DNA of 64,000 nucleotides from Gordius albopunctatus (Eukaryota): NCBI GenBank assembly GCA_964276515.1, contig OZ193909.1, positions 18,972,001 to 19,036,000 of the forward strand, read 5' to 3'. Shown piece by piece: positions 13,801 to 25,700 of this stretch (position 1 is its first letter; each line of letters starts with the position of its first letter). The notes under the pieces were generated by a model. It saw only the letters and a program-made list of their open reading frames with translations, ran no database searches and was not told where the DNA came from. The position numbers and the translations under genes were made by a program.

Positions 13801-14420
13801 TATGTGCTATAGGAGATGGGAGGTATGAGGTGCTATGTGCTATAGGAGATGGGAGTTTGAGGTGATATGTGCTATAGGAGATGGGAGTTTGAGGTGCTAT
13901 GTGCTATAGGAGATGGGAGGTATGAGGTCCTATGTGCTATAGGAGATGGGAGGTATGAGGTGCTATGTACTATAGGAGATGGGAGTTTGAGGTGCTATGT
14001 GCTATAGGAGATGGGAGTTTGAGGTGCTATGTGCTATAGGAGATGGGAGTTTGAGGTGCTATGTGCTATAGGAGATGGGAGGTATGAGGTGCTATAGGAG
14101 ATGGGAGGTATGAGGTGCTATGTGCTATAGGAGATGGGAGTTTGAGGTGCTATGTGCTATAGGAGATGGGAGGTTTGAGGTGCTATGTGCTATAGGAGAT
14201 GGGAGTTTGAGGTGCTATGTGCTATAGGAGATGGGAGGTATGAAGTCCTATGTGCTATAGGAGATGGGAGGTATGAGGTGCTATGTGCTATAGGAGATGG
14301 GAGGTATAGCTTATAGCACTTAAAGTGACTATGTGCTAGTAGACATAGCGTATTTAATAGGCTATTCCCATCAGCGGGGAGGTGCTAAGCGCGCTAGTCC
14401 TAAGCGTTTTCCCACCACTA
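10817..14420. mobile_element. hAT-type non-autonomous element (MITE) swollen by an internal tandem array
   Basis: Perfect 8-bp TSD GTACATTG at 10809-10816 and 14421-14428; termini TAGTGATGGGGAAA / TTTTCCCACCACTA; internal inverted segment TAGCACATAGTCACTTTAAGTGCTATAAGCTAT on both arms. Confidence 0.92.
10875..14306 (+). repeat. Minisatellite, roughly 105 copies of a 32/33-bp unit GTGCTATGTGCTATAGGAGATGGGAG(G)T(T/A)TGAG
   Basis: Directly visible; three main variants (GGGAGTTT, GGGAGGTTT, GGGAGGTAT) plus rare point variants. Copy number estimated as length divided by 32.5. Confidence 0.98.
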
Positions 14421-15558
14421 GTACATTGATCGTTAGATTACTTCATAAGATTGTCGAAACTATTTTTCCCATGTAAAAACATATATTGACCGGTGTTTGA
14501 ATAATGAAAATATTGATTATTAAATTTTACATGATTTTCGTTTGTTTTATATATGCATATTTTATTGTATTTTACATTATTTTTTCGACAATAAATGTAT
14601 ACATGACAAAATTTCATTTTTAAGGCTGAATAAACTTTAAATTAAAAAAAATAATCACTAAAAAATTTAAGTTTAATTAATTTAAACTATACTAGAAATA
14701 ATTTGAAAAAAAATCACTAACTTATACAAAAAACGACCATTTTATAAAAAAGTGCGAAATATGGTGTATGAGTTGCAAAATAAGATGTAAGGTTGGGGAA
14801 GGAGTGTGTTACATGCGAAGGGGAGAGAAGGAATGAGCGATTCATGTTAGACGCTATGATTGATTACCCCTTTTCTCTCCTACTAGTGTGCGGGAGATCC
14901 AAACGAAGTGCAAAAGTTGAGGTAAACGCTGTATATTAATATCCACTAACACCCTATATTTTATATTGTAAAATCTCCCTAGGTTTATCGTTCGCCGCCT
15001 ATCAATCGGTTTATATGAATTCTTTGTGCAACACGAGTTACTATACTAATACATTTCTTTCATCCTCTTTCTCTCGCTTTCAAATCATATTTTAAGCCTG
15101 GTTTGAGTTAAAATCCAATTTTGGATATATGTTCCAGATTTTAATTGCATTGGCCTTAAATGAAATGCTGTTAAATCTTAACTATTTCCTTATGAGCGAT
15201 CGATATACTTTCGCTTCAACCACAACTCTAAATGATATTTAAATAAATTGCTTAGGCTACATTCACCTTGATCTTGTCACCAAATTGTGCCTGTGAAATT
15301 TTGTCTATTCATATCTCAGTTGCAAGAGAAATATTGCATGAATTAATAGATACTGTTAAAGCTTAAAAGTTCAGAATTTACCATAAACAAAAATTTTACT
15401 AACCTTCCAATACTTCTGGAGGAAATGAAATACATCATTAACCCTTTTTCCAAAAGCATTTGAAAAACAATATAAAGGACACGAAATACCGGTATTGAAA
15501 GTAACATATAAAGAGCTAAAATATCTAAGATATTATATTGTCATCTATTTTTTTGAAG

Positions 15559-18500
15559 TCATTCGCAAAATCTTCTTGGACTATGTATGATTCCGATCCC
15601 TGGTTTCTGATACACTTCGTATCCCATAAAATTTATGGCTAAAAGATCTGGCATGGCTTTCACTATTTTCACAATGTCATCGTCGATGTACTAATAAAAA
15701 TGGAGAAAGTAATCAATTAAATTTTAAAGAATAAAAAAAATCTAAAAATTTTAATTTTGGGTAGTTTTTACGGTATTGCATTGTCTAAGGTCGAGATATT
15801 TGAGATTCGGTATTTTGGATGGAATTTCTGGTACGTACGTCCAAGTCAATCTGTTGAGACCGGCCAATTCCAGAGATTTCAAATTGCTGAAAGTATTGCA
15901 AGGGAAAATGAACAAAAAATTATTAGGAGCAAAATAAATTTTATCTCATTATTTACAATATTTTGTAACTTTTTTTTGATAATTTCATATTTATTTATTT
16001 TAAACTAGCTGTGCCCGCCCAAGCGTTGCTTTGGCTTAGTACTTATTTGGCTAAATAATTGGTACCTATCAATAGAAAATATATGAAAGAATTTGGGTCA
16101 GCTGAAAGAGAGTTTGTGATGTCAGCTGAAAGAGAGTTTGTGATGTGAAAAAATATATTTTTATATTATGCAAATAAATATTAGCTCAATAAAAAAGCCA
16201 TATTTATAATTAATCAAATAGATTTATAACAGTTTTAAATATTATTAGGTAGCGATGTTTAGCGATAACATGAATAGTTGAGTGACAAAAGTGTTTATAA
16301 ACCACTAATATACAAAAGTCAATGATAATGTTTGACAATGATGATAATGTTTGACAATTCAGAGATAAATTTTAGTAAAGCTTGTATAGTTGTGTATCGT
16401 CATAGCCTAAAATCTACAGTAATAAAATGAAGAGATAGTAGAAAAACACATTAAAATTTGGTTTAATGAAGTCGTTTACAATCTATCAAACCCCTGAGTA
16501 AACACTCAAAAGTGTTGGAATGGCCCCCTGTCCGAGTGCCTCTTAAAGTCTCTTATTTATGGCGCTTCGGCAGAGGAACTTCCAGCGCTTAGGAGCTTAG
16601 CTCCACGCTCAGGTCAAGAATGACCCGAAGCTTTCCCAAGTCGTAACCTCGGTCTACTATCATCGAACAACGATATCCGAGGCCTAAGATTATGACAAAA
16701 TAGTTGCTGAACAAATTTCTTAACTTTGCAATAATTCCCTAAAATCGAATGGCCATCATGGTCTACACTGTAATAGCAACAAAGCCCGGTATCTTTGACA
16801 TACCGCGGTTAACAAACTTATCTCACAGGCCTCTGTGAAGATAGCAAACAACCCGTTGGCCAATCTATAGGCACTTGGGAAAAAGGACTCATTTTAGCAT
16901 GGGACTATAGATGTACTGACGTATTCGCCCCATCTTATCACAACAAATATCCCCTGTCCACTCGGAAATTTTCAATTACTCTGAAATTAACAATACTATA
17001 ATTTTTGGTTCCATTGCGACAACCACCCTAACAACCTTTGCCCTCTAAGCCTTACAAATTAAGAAAATAGGGAAAGTTGTAATATAAAGAAATTTCGTAA
17101 AAATAGCAAAAAAGCACGAAACGTGGAAATGTTTTTGCAAGCGCGCGTTATGGTATCTAGAATATTTATTTGTTACAGATTTATATATTGTAAAGAAAAC
17201 GGGCGTAGTTAAGTAAAATATTGAGACACAAATGACAAAGCAATCATAGGAAAAAGTTTAAGGCAAAAAGTAGCACCATAACGATAAATAAGTACAAACA
17301 ATGCAGTATAAATAATCCGCTAGATGGCGCCAATCAAATTAAAAAACATGGTTCCCGCTGTCGTAGTGTGATAAAAAGTGTTTACAAACCATCTACAATG
17401 CTAAGGCAATAATCTGGCCAAATTTTGTGGCAATCGGTTGAGAACTTCAAAAGTTATTAGCGCACAAAAAATGGGACTTAGATTTTTATATATATAGATT
17501 ATTATAACATATTTTGTAAAATTAATGTTTTTCTATTATAAAACGTTGTAATTAAACTGAAAAACTATGCCATCATAATTTTAAGATCACTTATACTTTC
17601 ATACTGATTTAAATTCAGTAAATTTAGATATATCCAAATGAAGTGAGTATTTTGCCTAAATATTCTATATCTATTACATAAAATTAGGCACTTTATTCTT
17701 TACCACCACCTATCCAATCGAAAAAAATATTAGACAAAATTAAGATAGTGAATCTAACAAACTTACTATAACAAAACTATAAAACATATTTTCTATTATT
17801 TTATAATTTTCTTTTTTGCTTTTCCACATAGCATATAATAAAATAAATGCAATAAATTCATTAATAAATAAATAAAGCACGTACGGGCAGTGATTGAGAA
17901 TAGCTTGAAAAGCGTCATCATCGAGCTCCCAGCAAAAACTCAAAGACAATCTTTTCAAATTGATACCCTGTCTTTTAAATAAGAAATCAACATTCGTACA
18001 TTAGTCTTGCATATTGGATATCGAAATTTTTTTTACATTATCCATGAAAAAGTCCAAATCGCTAAAAACATCAGTATTGGATCTAGTTTGATTTAAGAAG
18101 TAATTTTAGCCTATTTAAAAGCAACAAAAAACCAACGAGAAAGAGCAGGGATTTGCCCCTCTTTATAAATGCAGCCACAATCGCCCCATCCTTGCTACTT
18201 CGCCAATTTAGTATTAGTTTTCGTATTTTTTTTCAATGATAAAAACAGCACTCTTTGACTGAGTAAAAGTTAATTTAAAAAATGGACAAATACAATTTTA
18301 GGGAAATAATTACCGAAGGCACATCTCCAAATTAACGTAATTCGTATAGGCACGGCACTCGGAAAAATCCAAGGCCCTCAAGCCTCCGTTTTGATTGACG
18401 TGAAAAAAGTCGTAAAATCCGTCCTCGGTAAATTTTTTGCACCGTGCCAATTTCAAATCTTTCAGGTTACGAGCGCTCTAAAAAATCATTCATCTAAATA

Positions 18501-21479
18501 TTTAGATATTTCGAAATGGGAAGAATATTACTTTTAAGCACAAGACGCATCACAAAAAAATAAAAATCGAAAGTAATACGAGAGGAAAAAGAGAAATAAA
18601 ATTAACAATTATATTCAGAGTATTTAGGCAGATTGCTTTCTTTTAACAATTCGTCATACAATATATAAAGGCGAGATATGTTAAAGTCATATTATAATTT
18701 TATTTTTAAATTTCACCATAAAAAAATTGTTATTACTTTAATTAAAAATAAATTAATTTAAAAAAGCATGGAATTTGTGCAAATTAAATCGGTTTCCCTT
18801 TGTTATATTCTCGCAAAAAGAGAGTTTTTACGGGCAAAAAGGTTGAAAAGCATGCTTCATATGGAAAAATTTAAAATTGACAGAAATATATATTTACATA
18901 TAATATTTATACACAGCAAACCGTGCGTTTTTATTAATTGATAGGCACACTGCAAACGTGGGGTTAGAACATCTCGGCAAACTATAAAATATAATTATCA
19001 GTTTTCTAATATAAAAAAATCCTATACATAATGATAAAAAAATAATTTATATATTAATAAAAAAATTTCATCGATAAATTTTGTATTTTTTTCATCATAT
19101 GTTTTTTAAGTGAAATTGATTCAAGTGTTTGAAGTTCATATATTTCATTTCAGGCGAGTAGCCAAGGGGGCGGAAAGCGGGACTTTTCTACCCCATTTGA
19201 CCAAAATTTGAAATTTTTTGATTAATAATTAGATTAAATGGGTTAAAATATTATAGTTTAGTTGCATAAAAGATTTTTAGACATTTATAAAAGCCTGGAA
19301 ACGTAATATATACATTCACTTTTCGAAATCAAACTCCTATAATTTTGCTTCGGTTTCCGCCATTATTAAATTTTACCTAAATGATAATCTTTTCTGCCAG
19401 TTGAATAGCTTGCATAAGGTCCATGTCCTTTTTTAAGGTATAAAAGCGATGATAGTAAATGCTCTGATTAATGAAGAGAAGAGATTTTTCCGAAGCTGTT
19501 ATATATATAGCGCCTTGTAGTTTCGCATATATTGTACGCGAACTTTATTTTTGTTATATTATAAATATAAAGTGTCGAAAATTTTTTTGCATTTTTCCAC
19601 CCTCTTGAGAAAATCTTGGCTACGCGCCTGTTTCACTTTTCCTTATTGCATGTCTAATTTTTAACAATTACTGTGCAATTGATGGTTATCTAACATATTT
19701 ATTTTCAAACTATTTCATTCACTTTTATTTTTAATTTTAAAAAATTGCCTACTTATTGTATATCTATTTGCTTATTACACCTAACAGCTGATTACAGGAA
19801 TTCATTTTCATAAAATTATATATTTTTTGCAACTAATTTTCATTAAAAACTAAATACAATTACATTTATACACACACTTATATATTATTTCTTTATTAAA
19901 TATTGAATAAACTATTAATTAATTTATGTACTAGTTTGTTTTTGTATTATTTTAGATAAAAGTGTTTATTTTTATTTACTTATTTGTTTATTTATCTATT
20001 TACAAACCGATATGGTGCGGAGGGAGTCGTCTGTGAGAAGGGAGGCAGTGTGGACGATTAGGCCTTCCAGCAACGGACACGAAAGTACGAGCGATTCAAT
20101 ACCCGAATCTCCGATTGAACTTCCGTCTATTTCGACGAGACGTAACGTATCGAAACGCTCCCGTCCCAAAATGGCCAACCCGCTGATGTCAGATGATTTG
20201 GAGGCAGACGACAAATTCGATCGAAATCACAATTTTATTAAATTTCGTAAGTTTGAATTTACATAAAATAACACCTTTTTAACAAATTATGCCTTTGTAA
20301 ACAACTTAAATTCATAGTAAAACATTTACTCCGATGCACAGGTTACCATTTATTTTTTCAAATCATATCTTTAAAAAAAAATTTGTCAAACAAAGAATAT
20401 GTAAATAAATATAATTAAAACTTGTATTTTAATAAAATCGCTTGATTTTAATTTAAAGCTTACACAAAACTAATAAATTCAAACCTATAATTAATGTTTT
20501 CATCTCGTTTAAATTATACTATTAAATTGTAAAAACGGCTATTTTGTTTGATTGACCTTTGGTTTTAGTTGATTAAACATAAACAGACCAAATGTTTAAC
20601 CTTTGTTTGTTTATGTTTAGTTGACTAAAATTAAAGGTCAACTAAACAAAACTGAGGCGTTTTTACAACACTAAGTTAAGTTATATCAACTGCTCACCAT
20701 TTTTGGTGAAACCATAATTGTTTACATTGTAGCTTTAATTAGGTATTAGATTGCATATTAAAGTAATAATAAACTATAGAGTAAATCTATATCAATAATC
20801 AATGTAAGCATATCATATTTTTGTTGTGCCAAAGTTTTTTATCATATTGAATTTTGTTTAGATGATCTGAAAGAGGCTACCTATTCATAAGTTGTGGTAT
20901 GCTTTTGAGACAGAGTTTTTGTAGTCGTACGAGACCCGTAGCTAAAGTTGAGATGGCTAAGTCTGTAAGATTGCTATTGTTATTGATCTTAAGACAAGTC
21001 AAACCCCTTAAATTAGAGATGTGACAAATAGCTAATTCATTCATGGACACACAAGATTTAGCTATGAGACATGTCAATTTGGGACAACACTGAGAAAGGA
21101 CTTCAGATGATGCTTCATCAAAGGAATAACAATAACTGATGTCCAAATAGTGCAAAGCGTGGAGGTATGGTGCTATAGCTATAATTTCGTAAAAATCCAA
21201 ACTATCTCTACCCCTCAAACTAAGCCATTTTACACCAATATTTGGGTGGTTAGAGAATGTGCCATTTGCAACTTGGAGGATTCGAGTTAAGCGATCAAGG
21301 GAAAATTTAGAAAAGGGTTCCATGTCTAAACTTGACCATAAGTAAGGATCACGAGCAAGGGAATGGAATTGCTTGGAGAGAGGAGATATTCGTGTACATA
21401 GCTCTTGGGGTGTGAAATGAGAAAGTATTTGAAAGAGGCAATCAACTGGCAAACTTGATAATTTGTCTTCTTCCTCCAT
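15559..21479 (-). CDS. F-box/leucine-rich repeat protein (FBXL family), about 423 aa
   Basis: Exons 20881-21479, 20008-20182, 18314-18477, 17885-17971, 15772-15886, 15559-15690, all GT-AG and phase-consistent. N-terminal F-box (LSSLPVDCLFQILSHF...SKQFHSLARDPYLW) followed by Cys-containing LRRs (LHYLDISYC, LKRLSLSFCWELDD, LKYLDLRQC). Confidence 0.9.
16005..17498 (-). mobile_element. Non-autonomous Helitron in an FBXL intron
   Basis: On the minus strand it begins TCTATATATATAAAA and ends in hairpin GCCAAAGC-AAC-GCTTGGGC followed 8 nt later by CTAG; inserted between A and T, as is typical of Helitrons. Confidence 0.8.
16490..16960 (+). pseudogene. Decayed fragment of an RLE-type non-LTR retrotransposon (CRE-like zinc knuckle/endonuclease region)
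   Basis: Pieces translate as GHHGLHCNSNKARYL*HTAVNKLISQA and LAWDYRCTDVFAPSY, resembling the HxLxC...RH...N and WDxTxxDxxAxSY motifs of CRE-clade elements. Confidence 0.6.
19151..19630. mobile_element. TIR element (CAGGC...GCCTG), internally deleted relative of 28430-29703 in opposite orientation
   Basis: Ends CAGGCGAGTAGCCAAG / CTTGGCTACGCGCCTG; flanks tttcattt / tttcactt; internal sequence matches the reverse complement of 28430-28700 and 29520-29703. Confidence 0.75.
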
Positions 21480-22743
21480 TAGAACTTAATTATTAAGGAG
21501 CATAAGATTTGTGGAAATGGCTTTCACATCTTACATATTATAGCAAAAAATATTTTAGTCAATAACATCCAAATAAAATAAATTGGTTGTGAGGATTTTC
21601 ATTAATTATACAGACCAATTTTCTATTGAATTACAATTATTATATTTATAATAGACTCATATTTTATTGTATGCTTAAACACTATCAACTTATGGATACT
21701 TTTTTGTAGTCTCAATAATTAGATAAAATGGTAAAGTAAAGGATATTAGCAAATAAGTAAATGCTGTGCAATGATATATTTTGCACTTATACTAATTTTT
21801 AAAGATGTAATATACTTACCAAAAAAATTAAAACAGCTGATTATGGTTCAAACTAACTTGCTATATAAATAGAACAAAATTATGGGGTCAAACTTTTTAT
21901 CTATTTACACAATATAGTAGTGTTTTAAATAAAATCACAAAATTTCAATGACTTCTACTCTATATTTAGATTTCTCTTTGTTATTAAATCTGACAAAAAT
22001 CTAATTAGGGGCTATAAATGTTGCTATGATTATTATCAACACTTGATAAGCAAAGCTCCAAATTATTTACTTTATATCCTACATATTTTATTGTATCTAA
22101 TAAAGAGTATTATTATTCAGAATATTGTAACTAAATTTTTCATATTTATATAAATTTAGTATAAATTGGAAAAACTTATTCATGTGTTTTATGACTAATT
22201 AAATGCTGTTCTAATTCATATATATTATATGGTTAATATTTTTTGATTAATATAATTTAATATCTATAAAAATAGTAATATTTGCTCAAAGTTACATGCA
22301 TTAAAATTTACGCCGTGGGATTTCAGATGCATCTTATGCATGAAACTTGCAATCTTTGTATTTGCCTACTTTCTACCATAATAAAAGTTCTCTCTTACGT
22401 CGTTGTCGTAATTATGATTGCATATCCTATATAGTTTAAGGTTTTGTACAAGATTTCATAATGTATTTAAATAAATATTTTTGATTTCTACAACTCCGAT
22501 ATAAATAACACAATCTATTTTTCATTTTAAATATAAAAATAACGTATATATCATAAATGCCATTAAATAAATACTAATCAAATTATAGATACAACAGGTA
22601 TATGGTGTAAGCATTCATACAGAGTAGCACAATCACATTTCTTAAATGTAATAAATTCACTTTATTCGACTATCAACTGTAGTTGCCGATGATTTTGGCA
22701 ATCGTTCTCGAGGTTTGATATTCGAAACTGGTTTATAAACTCG

Positions 22744-25700
22744 TTAATGAATTTTGTTGGTTATAGGCTTCGTTTGATAGCTAAACGATATTTTATTGCG
22801 TTTAAATATTTTGTCATTCATAAATACGATTTTAATTATAAAAGGTAATGTGACTTACAAATCGCGACATCCTGGATGGCATTGACGAGGACAATTTTTA
22901 ACCACATACCTACCATATCGAATTCCGGCCAAGCATCCTGTTCTGTACCTGTTGCAATGTTCGTAATTGTTTTGACACATGCTGTCTAAAAGTACATATA
23001 AATTGGTATTTATATTAAGCAATAAATATTAAAAAGACCTAACAAAATCTTTAAAATGGTGATGCCCTAATTAATCTATATGAAACCCGGTCTCTATACT
23101 TTTTTGATTGCTTTAATGCTTAATATATAAATTTTAAAATTGGATAAAAAAAATAAGTTAAGAGCTGTGCCTCATAATCGTTTCTTCCCACCCGGCTTTA
23201 AATTAAATTGCAAATAATGAGGAAAGGGTGATTATCATTCTTACTTAATTCCTAGTAGCGTTTTAAGGGTTTGTCCTAATACCTATTAGTTATACACAAT
23301 ATCAATCATGTTTAGTGTTATCCAAGATTAGCAATCAATAAACCATCGATAATTTTAAGTCACCAAAATTAAAAAGATTGAGCAATATTATAAATTGCCA
23401 TGACCTTGGGTGTTGTCAAAACGAGGGTGTTTTGTTCGGTTGACCTTTGGTTTTAGTTGAGTAAACATAAACAGATTAAAAAGATTTGACTACATAACCT
23501 TTGGTCTAGACCAATGATTTTAAAAAGACCAAGGGTTTTACCACAAAACCTATGGCCTATTGATGCGACTTAAACCATCGATCAAGAAACCTTTTGTCTG
23601 TTTATGTTTCGACTATCAAAGGCCGACCAGCCAGTGCCTTTTACTTTACAGCACTACCTTCGCTAGGCCAATCATTAAATGTATTAGCTGCCATTACCGC
23701 ATTTTTTGTAAAGTTTTCCAGCGAATGGGCCCCGAGAAACGCATTGGCCACCGTTCAGGCATTTGCCACAATTTTGTGTTTTAGTACCGGCGGTGTATGG
23801 ATAGTCTAATTCATTCGTTATAAAACCTCTGTAAAAATAATTTTAAATTATATAATTATTCTCAAAATATGTAATTTACTTTAAAAGTAAGGGTAAGCTT
23901 TACCTAGGACAATAATTGCAAACCCAGTGAAAATAGAGATTTGTAGGGTGTGACGGACAAATAGCGAGAGCGCATCCAACTTTACGCGTTGTACTCCAAA
24001 CCAACTATAAAATGTAAGAAAATAATTCTAAATTCTTTTTTTTTAAACTTTGACTATACATTTATATTATTAGACATAATTTATAATATATATAAATTCT
24101 CAAAAATTATTTTATCAAATATTTTATTAGCTAAAAATTAAAATTTAATAAACGAACTTGAACATAATGTCCTACTACAGGTGATTTTTTTTGATTAGAA
24201 TGCCTACGCTGTGGACCCCCATATGTAAAATCATATTTCTCTTGTTCCCAAGCGTGTATTAAGTCTTGCCAACCACCCCAATATGAGGTATGCGCTAAAT
24301 TTTGACCGCATCCCAAATTCTTAAATTCTAATAATGAAAAATTAGTTCAAAATCATCACACACACAAAATATCTCTACATTTTAATTAAGAAAATATAAT
24401 AAATTAAAGTTTGTATTCGAAGTTAGTTTCAGTATTTTTAGGGTAATAAATTATATTTGCAAATATATATCATCATGGCTCTAGGCAGCATTGGAATTAG
24501 AGGAGAGCAATAATGATTAAGGGATGGGCAAAATGAACATTTTCTCAAATTTTAGCTCTAATTTTAATTAATTTTAACAAATTTTTAGATTTTTAAAAGA
24601 CAAATTAATAAATTTTACCTTTAGGTGTTCTTTGGGCCGAAGTGTCGTGAGTTGAAGAGCATGATTTAGCCCAGTTCTCTGCCAATCTTTGGGCTTCATA
24701 ATCCCATTCCTATTATATCAAAATTATAACTTTTTCTTATTAAAAATTAAGTTAAATAATTTTATTTTAAATATTTTTTAATTAATTATATTTTGCTTGA
24801 ATTTTAAGAAGTTATGTTATTTACTATCTCCATCATGTCTTGAGCAGCAGGAAATACCGAAGATCGAATCATATTATGCGTTCGCAGTATAATTTTTTTG
24901 TCTTTTTCATTCAAAATCATCAATTTGACACCGTTGTGCCATTCAAATTTCTGAATTTTAAAATTATATATATTTAAATAATCATAATTTATATAATGAG
25001 ATTTTTCCTAAAAACCTTTAAAATAAAAATTATCAACTTTATAGAAAAAGGTCTTAAATATCGAGGCATATAAATCACTTAAATACATTAAAATAAAATT
25101 CACAAAAATTTTGTACAACTTCACATGCGTATATATCGTTTAATTTATTAGAAAATCGAAATTGATATTATAAAATTTTAAGTCGAAAAAATAATTTTGT
25201 TTAATTATAATTATATTAAAAACATTAGAATTTTATTGAATGAGTAAGATTGTTTACACTGGAAGATATGTTATATCTAGGTCTCCAATTGATATGTTTT
25301 TTAAATTTCATATGTTGTTTTTGTTGCCTAAAAGTTCCATACGGCGGAGTATTAATAGGGTAATCGTTGTTATCTTTGGTCAATGTCTTTTTCTGAATCC
25401 TATATTCACGACCTTAGTTATAATTAATAGAAAATAAAATATAATTTATTTATAATTTTAAAAAAATGTTTTTGAAACTTTCTAGAAATTAATAAAATAT
25501 CGACTAGAAATAATGTTTTTAGTATTTATTTTCTACTATAATCAACTATTTTTCTAAAAAATGTAAACCCTTTTGAGTAAACTCTTATCGTTTAACTATG
25601 TAAAAATTTCAAACATTATAAATTAATTTTAAAATCATTAATTAATATAATTTAAAACTGGGTCATATTCATCCCTTAATTTATCATTTAAATAAACTCT

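Larger units (their letters stand above)
9888..14523 (+). pseudogene. DD34E transposase pseudogene, two exons (9888-10782; 14437-14523)
   Basis: HTH-like N-terminus (MDQQTRKLAIKLSQDGKSYVEIAKLLDISR), IFMDETGF, MDNVPFH...LPPYSHFLNPIE with 34 residues between D and E. Frameshift in the A-run near 10051-10058; premature TAA at 10495-10497 and 14446-14448. C-terminal exon ITS*DCRNYFSHVKTYIDRCLNNENIDY; AATAAA at about 14590. Confidence 0.9.
9392..14931 (+). mobile_element. IS630/Tc1/mariner superfamily DNA transposon (DD34E, IS630/Gambol-like), non-functional, with nested insertion
   Basis: Near-perfect long TIRs 9392-9708 and 14616-14931 (CAGCGTTTACCTCAAC...GTTGAGGTAAACGCTG), flanked by TA at 9390-9391 and 14932-14933; internal transposase gene. 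Confidence 0.95.

Noticed and set aside
10875..14306. CRISPR array
   Set aside because: Units are contiguous with no unique spacers, there are no cas genes, and the context is eukaryotic and bounded by MITE TIRs and a TSD.
10495..14448. TAA reassignment or read-through suggested by two in-frame TAA codons in the transposase
   Set aside because: The same copy has a frameshift, and host genes (CAP, eIF3b) end normally in TAA; simple decay explains it.
20012..20266. Plus-strand ORFs opposite real exons or the LINE (also 23560-23809, 49325-49582, 57569-57847 and those within 60327-63175)
   Set aside because: Antisense to FBXL, CAP, VPS41, eIF3b exons or the RTE ORF; no independent support.
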